A stretch of 64,000 nt of DNA from a virus. Location: IMG/VR virus record IMGVR_UViG_3300047318_000482, positions 1 to 64,000 of that record; one strand, written 5' to 3'. Shown here piece by piece: positions 52,841-60,045 of the stretch; within the stretch, counting starts at the first letter, position 1, and every line of letters starts with the position of its first letter. The translations under genes and the position numbers were made by a program. The notes under the pieces were generated by a model. The model did not search any database and had not been told where the DNA came from. It was given only the letters and a program-made list of their open reading frames with translations.

Positions 52841-53590
52841 CTAGCGGTAGTGGATGTTGACGCCGGGCGCGGTGGCGGCGACGTCGGTGGGGTCGAACGG
52901 GACCGGGCACTGGTCGGCGAAGACCTCGCCGTGCCAGAGCAGTGCGCCGCCGGCCTTGGTGCTGCCGGGGTTGAAGCTGATCTCGGAGACGAGGAACCCG
53001 GCGAGGGTCTCGGTGCCGTCGGTCGCGGATGCTCCGCCGCCCGCGGTGGTGGTGGCGATGGCCACGGCGGGGCTGGATCCGCCGGTCAGGGAGGCGGTGC
53101 CGGTCATCGCGGGCTGGTCGTCGCCCAGGTACTGGCCGCCGAACGTGACCACGATCGCCGTGCCGGGGTGCGGGCCGCCGGAGACGGCGACGTCACCGAC
53201 GTTGATGTTGGACAGCGCCTCGAGGGCTGCCTTCACCTGCGCCGCTGTCGCGTTGTAGGGGATCGCGGCGGTGGTCTGACCGGACCAGGTCAGCGTGTAG
53301 GTGCCGCCGGTGGGGGTGCCGGTGACGGTGACGGTCTGCACCTCGGACCGGGGACCCGAGTACGGGGCGTACAGCCCGGACGCGGTGACCTTGCCCAGCG
53401 GGATGCCGGACTTCATGACGTTGCGGCCCTGAAGGACCGGGTTCGCGGAGACCGCGTAGTGCGTGCCCTGCGTGAACTTGCTCAGGTCGAGCGCGATGGT
53501 GTTGGTGTCCTGGACTCCTACCAGGGACGCGAGCCACGGCCGGTCGGCGGTGACGCTGTCCGTGTAGGAGTAGGGCTGGAAGTCGTTCAC
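52841..53590 (-). CDS. Head decoration protein (gpD-like) with inserted accessory domain
   Basis: SGIPLGKVTASGLYAPY [insert] DGTETLAGFL...GALLWHGEV. Confidence 0.8.
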   Translation of the reverse strand: MNDFQPYSYTDSVTADRPWLASLVGVQDTNTIALDLSKFTQGTHYAVSANPVLQGRNVMKSGIPLGKVTASGLYAPYSGPRSEVQTVTVTGTPTGGTYTLTWSGQTTAAIPYNATAAQVKAALEALSNINVGDVAVSGGPHPGTAIVVTFGGQYLGDDQPAMTGTASLTGGSSPAVAIATTTAGGGASATDGTETLAGFLVSEISFNPGSTKAGGALLWHGEVFADQCPVPFDPTDVAATAPGVNIHYR

Positions 53591-53703
53591 GGCCTTCTCC
53601 TGGTGTAAAGCGGCGTGCGGTGACAGCAGCACCGTGCGGTGCGCGTCCACGAGGAGAGGGCGTGGTCCCGTTGTCCCGGCCCCCGGTGAAGGGGGCCGGC
53701 GGT

Positions 53704-54450
53704 CTATGCGGTGGCGCGTTGGTGGCCGCGCAGGCGGGCCATTTCGCGTCCTCGGTCGCCGGGCTTGCCGGTGGCCGTCTGTCGGGAGGGCGGGCCGCCC
53801 GCGGGTGCGCCGCCGGGCGCCGGGGGAAGCTGGGTGGCGGGCGGGACGTTGGTGGGTGCGACGCCGAACAGTTCGGGGCGGCGTTCCCTCAGCTTCGTGG
53901 CCGCCTCAGTGACGGCGGCGTCGTCCGCGTCGTCGGGGACCCGCAGGAGGGCTGCGGCGTCCTCGAGGTCGTCGCCGGTGGCGCCGAGCCCGACGAGGGT
54001 GGCGCGCCGGTTGGCGTTCCGCTCCCGGGCGATGGCCGCCTTCTCGCGGGCGTCGGCTGCCGCTTCGCGGTCGGCAAGCGCCTTCTCCCGCTTCTGCTGC
54101 TCGGAGAGCTGGGCTTCCTCCGCCTTGCGGGCGGCGACGATGAACGCCTCGGCGTCCTCGATGCTGCTGAAGCCGTACTTCTCGGCGAACTCCCGGGCGG
54201 CCGCGCGCTTGCCCTGGGACTTCTCGCGGGCGGCGAGCGCATCGACTTCGGCCTGGGTGAAGGTGCGGGAGGCGGGCGGGCCCGGCTTGGGAGGATCGGC
54301 GGCCGGCGGTTCTGTGGCGGGCGGTTCGCCGCCGCCGTCGTTGTAGAAGACGGCGAGGCCAGCAACGCCGGTGTACGGGTGGGCCCAGCCGGTGCGGGCG
54401 CGAGGTCCGCGGGCGACCGGTCCGAAGCTGTTCTGCGCGGGGCGACGCAT
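53704..54450 (-). CDS. Capsid scaffolding protein (248 aa)
   Basis: TFTQAEVD.L, coiled coil, LSEQQK, RPELF; GGAGG RBS. Confidence 0.82.
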   Translation of the reverse strand: MRRPAQNSFGPVARGPRARTGWAHPYTGVAGLAVFYNDGGGEPPATEPPAADPPKPGPPASRTFTQAEVDALAAREKSQGKRAAAREFAEKYGFSSIEDAEAFIVAARKAEEAQLSEQQKREKALADREAAADAREKAAIARERNANRRATLVGLGATGDDLEDAAALLRVPDDADDAAVTEAATKLRERRPELFGVAPTNVPPATQLPPAPGGAPAGGPPSRQTATGKPGDRGREMARLRGHQRATA

Positions 54451-54478
54451 GTGTACAAGTCCTCCCAGACTCGTTCCA

Positions 54479-54497
54479 GGCCCCGCGCCTGAGATCA
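54479..54497 (-). promoter_or_regulatory. Late-gene leader motif copy 1 (GGCCCCGCGCCTGAGATCA on plus strand)
   Basis: Repeated upstream of scaffold, portal and small terminase. Confidence 0.55.
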
Positions 54498-54512
54498 AGG
54501 ACACCACAGATG

Positions 54513-56408
54513 TCACTCGGTGTTCCCCCCGCTCCCCTGCTGCCCCTGCGGGTCCTCCTCCAGGGCCGGGTCCGTGTCGTCCGCGGGGAGGCCGGGCAGG
54601 GTGGGTGCGGGCGGTGTCGGGTCGGGGTTCAGGTCGATGCCGAGGAAGTCCCCGACCGCACCGGTGTCCCCGGTGGCGTCGGCCAGCGCGCGGGCTTTCT
54701 CGAACTGCCGGGACTGGATCCGCTCGATTTCCTCGCCCACGTCTTCGATGGGGAACCCTGCCTCGACCAGCATCTTCATCGCGGTCTCCAGGGAGATGAC
54801 CTTGTCGACGCTGTTGGTGACCTGCTCGAGGATGGCGGCCTTGTCGGTGGGCGTGTACGGGCCGAACACCAGCTTCGCGGGCAGCACCTGGACGCCTGCC
54901 CAGTCGGGGTGCTGCCCGGCCAGGTTCAGGCGCTGCACCATCTTCAGGAGCAGCGCGTACTTGTGGTCGCGGGCCAGGCGCATCCCGCCGATGAGGGAGT
55001 CGAGTGGGCCGAGGCTGACCTGCATCGCGAATCCGGAGGGGACCTTGGACGGGTCGAGGGTGCCCAGGGCGACGGCGGGAAGGCGGGCGACGTTCGCGGC
55101 GCGGTCGGCGAGGTCGTGGCGGTGGTCGCGGAGTTCGCGCAGGGCGGGGCTGGTGTCGACGGTGAACAGCTTGCCGTCCTGGCCGAGTTTGAGGACGGCG
55201 CCGGGGCCGATCTGGTACTCGCTGCGGTCGGTGCCCGCGCCGGCGATGCCGACCATGGGCAGGCCGGTGGTGGCCGATGCGCGCGCGGAGTCGGTGTCCG
55301 AGCCCTGGAGTTCGTCGAAGACCTGCAAGACCTTCGCCAGGGACGACTGGCCCCAGTGCTCCTCGGCCGGCGGCACCGTGTTGGGGACGTGGAGGACCGG
55401 AATGAAGTCGAGCATCAGGTCGAGGTGGTCGAGGACCTCGCCGTCGCCGCGGGTCGCGAACGTTGCCGACCCGAGCGGCAGGGTGTCGACGTCGATGTCG
55501 CCCTTGAGGTCGCCGATGTTCCAGGTGGCGTCGGTGAGGTAGCAGGTGATGCCGGACGGGGCGTCGTTCCACGCGTACTGGCGGGTGATGCCGCCGGTGG
55601 CGGGGTCGATGACGTCGCCGCGGCCGATTGCTGGCACCAGTTCCCCGTCCGGGCCCTCCGCGGTGACAGGAGCGCGGACGGCCCTCTTTCCGGATTCGTC
55701 GATGCCGGTGGCGGTGGCCGGGCCGATCGGTCCGAGCTCGTAGGTGATGCGCCGCAGCCGGGGCTTCAGGCCGCGCTTGGTGTCCTCGGGTAGCTCCCAC
55801 GCGAAGTGGATCCGGTCGGGGTACTCGCCGCCGTCGTCGTCCTCCCCGATGATCGGGAAATAGAAGCCGGGGTCGGTGACCCGGAGGGTGACGCGCTGCT
55901 TGCCCGGGTCCCAGGCCAGCCGGTACACGCCGTCGCCGAGGGAGACGGCCTTGCGTTCGGCCTGCTGCATCCGCATCGGCAGGAGTTCGGCCTCTGCCCA
56001 CTCACGCAGCAGGTCCTGGACCTTTTCGGCGGCCGCAGTCTCCGGATCGGGTTCGCCGTCGCCGTCGCCGTCGTGTTCGGCGCCGGGGACGGCGATGTGC
56101 TGCTCGCGGCCCAGGACGTGGGCCAGGAGCGTGTCGATGAACATGGACGGGTCGCCGAACTCGCGCCGGTCCGCGGCCTCGGGTCCGTCGACAACGGAGG
56201 CGATCTCGGCGGCCTGGTTGTTGTCGTAGGCCGCGAGGAGTTTGTAGGCGGCGAGGCGGCGGGCGTCCTGGTCCGGGACCCACATGGCCTGGGCTTCGGG
56301 GAACACGCGCCGGTTCGGCATCCCCTGGGGGTCGCTGAAGACGGGCTTGTAGTTCAGCCACGACCAGCCGTCAATGATGAGCGCCCTGGTGGTCGCGATG
56401 AGGCCCAC
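54513..56408 (-). CDS. Portal protein (631 aa)
   Basis: Position after terminase; AVSLGDGVY.L.WD, DPG.YFP, IPVLHVPN...WGQS.L, SG.A.....GPL. Confidence 0.85.
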   Translation of the reverse strand: MGLIATTRALIIDGWSWLNYKPVFSDPQGMPNRRVFPEAQAMWVPDQDARRLAAYKLLAAYDNNQAAEIASVVDGPEAADRREFGDPSMFIDTLLAHVLGREQHIAVPGAEHDGDGDGEPDPETAAAEKVQDLLREWAEAELLPMRMQQAERKAVSLGDGVYRLAWDPGKQRVTLRVTDPGFYFPIIGEDDDGGEYPDRIHFAWELPEDTKRGLKPRLRRITYELGPIGPATATGIDESGKRAVRAPVTAEGPDGELVPAIGRGDVIDPATGGITRQYAWNDAPSGITCYLTDATWNIGDLKGDIDVDTLPLGSATFATRGDGEVLDHLDLMLDFIPVLHVPNTVPPAEEHWGQSSLAKVLQVFDELQGSDTDSARASATTGLPMVGIAGAGTDRSEYQIGPGAVLKLGQDGKLFTVDTSPALRELRDHRHDLADRAANVARLPAVALGTLDPSKVPSGFAMQVSLGPLDSLIGGMRLARDHKYALLLKMVQRLNLAGQHPDWAGVQVLPAKLVFGPYTPTDKAAILEQVTNSVDKVISLETAMKMLVEAGFPIEDVGEEIERIQSRQFEKARALADATGDTGAVGDFLGIDLNPDPTPPAPTLPGLPADDTDPALEEDPQGQQGSGGNTE

Positions 56409-56429
56409 GAAGAGTTCCCTCCGTCTTCA

Positions 56430-56448
56430 GGCCCCGCGCCTGTGATCA
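56430..56448 (-). promoter_or_regulatory. Late-gene leader motif copy 2 (GGCCCCGCGCCTGTGATCA), preceded on the minus strand by TACGCT -10-like hexamer
   Basis: 18/19 identity to copy 1. Confidence 0.55.
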
Positions 56449-56832
56449 GCGTACGGGCAGGGTGGAGTCGGGTTCCCCCGGCTGTTCGGGCAGCGGCACC
56501 GTGCGGCGGCCGCCGTCGTAGCCGACGGCGTGCCCTGCGGTGACGAGGTCGCTGTTGAGGACGTGGGAGTCGGCGACGATCGTGGCGAGCAGCCGACCGA
56601 ATTTCTCGCGCCGGTCCTTGACCGTGCGGATCAGCAGGTCGGGGCCGTGCTCGGCGATCCATGCGGTGGTGTAGGCGGTGGCGTCGGTTCCACCGACAGT
56701 TCCGTGCTCGGGGCAGTTGATGCCGAGGAGACGGATCCGCTGCCGAGTGTGGATATCGAAGCCGACGTCCACGAGAACGTCCAGGGTGTCGCCGTCCACG
56801 ATCTTCACGAGGCGGGCGGTGTATTCGTACAC
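56446..56832 (-). CDS. Thermonuclease (SNase) family nuclease
   Basis: IVDGDTLDV..D.GF....RIRLLGINCPE...EKFGRLLA...LN..LV..GHA..YDGG. Confidence 0.9.
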   Translation of the reverse strand: MYEYTARLVKIVDGDTLDVLVDVGFDIHTRQRIRLLGINCPEHGTVGGTDATAYTTAWIAEHGPDLLIRTVKDRREKFGRLLATIVADSHVLNSDLVTAGHAVGYDGGRRTVPLPEQPGEPDSTLPVR

Positions 56833-56850
56833 GGGGTGTCTCCCAGGGGG

Positions 56851-58467
56851 TTAGCGGCGGCCGCGGAGGCGCTGGTCGGTGTAGTGCCGGGTGCCGAGGC
56901 CTTCCTGGGCGGGGTCGGCGAGCTCGGTCATCGCATGGACGGCGGCGTCCATGCGGTCGGGTGAGTCCATGCCGGGGATCCAGGTGACCATCTGGCCCTC
57001 CAGGCGGGGGAACTCGCCGAGGTGGTGGACGAGGCCTTGGGCGTAGAGCTGGGCAATCGGCTCGGCGCGCAGGCGTTTGCCCTGCTTGGCGTGCACCTCG
57101 ATGATCGACGGCATGAGCAGGCCCTTGGTCTCCCCCTGCTGGGCAAGGGTCTTCCACGCCTGCCGGATGATCTGCTGGGCCATGTCGCCGCCGAAGTTGG
57201 CCTCGACGACGATGGCATCGGCCTGGTACTCGATGGCCAGGCGGCAGGCTTCGATGCCCCAGGTGTCAGCGCCCATGCGGCCGGATGCATCGGCCAGCAG
57301 GTACAGGTGTCCTTCGCTGTTGCGTCCTGCCGCGCACAGGCCGGCTTCGTCGTTGCCGTCGCCTTCACCGCCGGCGTGGTCCACGGCCACGATGGTCCGG
57401 GTGAGGTCGATGCCGCGGAATGCCATGGGGGTGATGCGGTTATCGGTGATCCACGGCCATTTCCACACGCCGCCCTCAAGCGGGCGCGGTTTCTGCATGT
57501 AGAGGGACCACCAGACGCGTTCCCCAACCGCGCGGCGGATCTTCTCGAGGGCTTTGCTGCCGTAGCGGATGGGCCACAGGGGGCGGCCGATCTCGCGTCC
57601 CAGGGCGTCGTCGTCGCTGTCGGCGATGGCGGGCAGGTCGAGGATGGTCCAGTCGTCGGCGTCCTCGCCCGCGAGGATGCGTCCGGCGAGGTCCTGTTCG
57701 TGCCAGCGGGTCTGGATGACCAGGATGCTGCCGCCGGGTTCGATGCGGGTGTTGAGGACGGACGTCCACCAGTCCCACAGGCGGCGCCGCATGGTCGGGG
57801 ACTCGGCGTCCGCGGCGTCCTTAATTGGATCATCGACAACTGCCAGGTGGGCGCCCTTGCCGGTGAGGCCTCCGCCGACGCCGGCGGTGACGAGGCCACC
57901 TTCGAGGCGTTCCCCGGTGTCGGGGTCGGCGAGGTCGAACCGGTTCGCAGCCTTGGAGCCGGAGTGCAGGGCGAGGCCGAGCTGGGGGCCGTAGGAGACG
58001 ATCGCGTCGCGGATCCACCGGCCGTGGTCGTCGGCCAGGTCCGCAGAGTATGAGGCGATCATGACGCGGTGGTCGGGGTGTTTCGACAGGTACCACAGGG
58101 GCGCCCACCGGGCGGCACGCCGGCTCTTCCCGTGCCGTGGGGGCATGGTGATGAGGACCTTGCGGGGCCGGCCGCGGGCGATGTCGCGGAACACCTGGTC
58201 GATCAGGTCCAGGTGGCGGGCCTGCTTCTCCTTGCCGTCGGTGAGGATCGCCGACATGGAGCCCGGGGACCGCTTCAGCGCCATGTCCCGTTCGACTCCG
58301 GCCAGGACGGTGCGGAGTTCGGGGCTGGCGTACAGGGCGATGCGGCGGCGCTGGGCACGGTTCAAGCGCCGGTACTGGGCGACGGTCTGGAGGAGTTCCT
58401 CCGCCTCGCGGACGATGTCGCTGTCGTCCTGCCGCGGGTGAGACTCAGGTGTCGCCGCGGTCGTCAT
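56851..58467 (-). CDS. terL: Terminase large subunit
   Basis: MPPRHGKS Walker A, VVDDP Walker B, QTRWH..DL.G, VAVD, VEANFGG, SPDRMDA. Confidence 0.95.
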   Translation of the reverse strand: MTTAATPESHPRQDDSDIVREAEELLQTVAQYRRLNRAQRRRIALYASPELRTVLAGVERDMALKRSPGSMSAILTDGKEKQARHLDLIDQVFRDIARGRPRKVLITMPPRHGKSRRAARWAPLWYLSKHPDHRVMIASYSADLADDHGRWIRDAIVSYGPQLGLALHSGSKAANRFDLADPDTGERLEGGLVTAGVGGGLTGKGAHLAVVDDPIKDAADAESPTMRRRLWDWWTSVLNTRIEPGGSILVIQTRWHEQDLAGRILAGEDADDWTILDLPAIADSDDDALGREIGRPLWPIRYGSKALEKIRRAVGERVWWSLYMQKPRPLEGGVWKWPWITDNRITPMAFRGIDLTRTIVAVDHAGGEGDGNDEAGLCAAGRNSEGHLYLLADASGRMGADTWGIEACRLAIEYQADAIVVEANFGGDMAQQIIRQAWKTLAQQGETKGLLMPSIIEVHAKQGKRLRAEPIAQLYAQGLVHHLGEFPRLEGQMVTWIPGMDSPDRMDAAVHAMTELADPAQEGLGTRHYTDQRLRGRR

Positions 58468-58996
58468 CCGGGTCGTCTTCGTCGGCGTCGGTGTCTTCCC
58501 CTGCGTCGTCGGGGTCGTCGTCTCCCACCGTGTTGATGAGTCTGCGGAGTTCGGCGGCGCTGACGTCCGTGATCGCTACGGGGCCGCCGCCGGGCCCGGC
58601 GAGCTCGTTCTTCACTGGCATGTCCAGGCCGTTGAGCTTGGCGCGCCGGTCCAGGAGCCGCAGCACGGTGTCGACGGCCCGAACGTCCAGGACGTGGTCG
58701 ACGACGTCGCCGTCCTTGTCAAAGACCGGGCTGGGTTTAGTGGCGCGCGGCCATGCGGCCTCGAGGAGGGCGTCCAAGCGTTCGTTCTCCTGCTGCCGGT
58801 AGATGCTGGCCTCGGCTGCTTCCTCGTCTCGGTGGACCTGGAGGGCGCGTACGAGGTCTTTGCGGGCGGCGCTGTCGCTGGCGTAGCCGAGGGAGAGGAT
58901 GCGTTCGTCGTCGTAGCGAACGCCTTCTCGGCGGAGCTTGAGGAGCTTGGTGCGGCGGACGGTGGTCTCGTCTTGTTTCAGCTTGGACGCTGCCAT
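58445..58996 (-). CDS. terS: Terminase small subunit (183 aa)
   Basis: N-terminal HTH, RLDAL...W, RRAKLNGLD.P.K.EL.G.GGGP; upstream of terL. Confidence 0.75.
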   Translation of the reverse strand: MAASKLKQDETTVRRTKLLKLRREGVRYDDERILSLGYASDSAARKDLVRALQVHRDEEAAEASIYRQQENERLDALLEAAWPRATKPSPVFDKDGDVVDHVLDVRAVDTVLRLLDRRAKLNGLDMPVKNELAGPGGGPVAITDVSAAELRRLINTVGDDDPDDAGEDTDADEDDPDDDRGDT

Positions 58997-59039
58997 GGCG
59001 GTGGGGCTCCCGCTCGGTCGCTCGGTTGTGTGATTGTTC

Positions 59040-59054
59040 GGCCCCGCGCCTGTG
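59040..59054 (-). promoter_or_regulatory. Late-gene leader motif copy 3 (GGCCCCGCGCCTGTG)
   Basis: 15-bp identity to copy 2, upstream of terS. Confidence 0.55.
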
Positions 59055-59119
59055 TCGAATGATCGCCGATTTTGGGGATTGTGTTCCCCCGGGGGTGGGT
59101 TGGCGGGATGCTGCCCGGC

Positions 59120-59818
59120 ATGAGTGAGATGCGCAGGGGGTGGGCGGCTGCTGCTGGTGCGGTGGCCGTGGTGGTGTTGGCGGGTTGCGGGGGCGGCTCG
59201 GGTTCGGATGTGAAGGCGAGTTCGCCGACGCCGTCGGTGACGGTGTCGGAGGATCCGGCGACGGAGGTGCCGGAGGAGACGGAGCCGGAGTATCCGCCGG
59301 GGCCGGAGGGGGAGATCGACAAGAAGGCGGATGAGGAAGGCTGGACGTACGACGAGATCTATGACTCGGCGTCGGCGTTCGTGTCGGACATCTGTGAGTC
59401 GCTGCCGGATCAGTCGAAGGACTATTCGGGGGCGCAGTGGCTGGCTGAGGGCGGCTACCTGAAGGATGACGGCGCATCGATCCTGGATGTGGGGGTGCCG
59501 AAGCTGTGCCCGAAGTGGTCGAAGACGTTGAAGTCGGCGGAGGCTGGCACGTACGTCCGGTACATCGGGTCTGGAGAGTACGAGGTGAAGGCGCATCCGA
59601 AGCCGTACGACCCGGAGTCGGATTCTGATGTGCAGGAGATCAAGCCCGGTACGTATGTGGCGCGGGGTGAGATCTCGGACTGCTACTGGGAGCGGACGGC
59701 GCCGGACGGGACGATCCTCGCGAACAATTTTGTGACGCAGGCGCGGGTGATCACGGTGACGCTGCGGGTGGGCGAGTTGTTCAAGAACGACTGCGGGATG
59801 TTCAAGCCGGTGGGCTGA
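59120..59818 (+). CDS. Lipoprotein (moron, opposite strand)
   Basis: MRRG...VVVLAGC lipobox; Pro/Glu linker; C-terminal PGTY...CYWER domain. Confidence 0.8.
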   Translation: MSEMRRGWAAAAGAVAVVVLAGCGGGSGSDVKASSPTPSVTVSEDPATEVPEETEPEYPPGPEGEIDKKADEEGWTYDEIYDSASAFVSDICESLPDQSKDYSGAQWLAEGGYLKDDGASILDVGVPKLCPKWSKTLKSAEAGTYVRYIGSGEYEVKAHPKPYDPESDSDVQEIKPGTYVARGEISDCYWERTAPDGTILANNFVTQARVITVTLRVGELFKNDCGMFKPVG

Positions 59819-59841
59819 CGTAGCGCCCCGGGATGTGGGAA

Positions 59842-59885
59842 GGCCCCGCTCCGCTCTCCGGGGGACTGGAGTGCGGAGCGGGGCC
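59842..59885. terminator. Bidirectional hairpin between the lipoprotein gene and traB
   Basis: GGCCCCGCTCCGC...GCGGAGCGGGGCC, 13-bp perfect stem. Confidence 0.65.
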
Positions 59886-60045
59886 GGGTGCTCGTGGCTG
59901 CCGGGGGGGGGGTGGCCTCGAGCGGTGGGGGTGTGGGGTTCACGGCCGGCCTCGCCTTGGCGCGGGGACACTAAGACGAGGCCGGCTGTGCACTTCTGAT
60001 GGTGGTACAGGATCGCGGGTTTGTCCGAGGCGCCTTCCCCCTCGG

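Noticed and set aside
59819-60045. clt locus (8-bp TraB recognition repeats) downstream of traB
   Set aside because: Only hairpins seen; no clear direct-repeat array by eye
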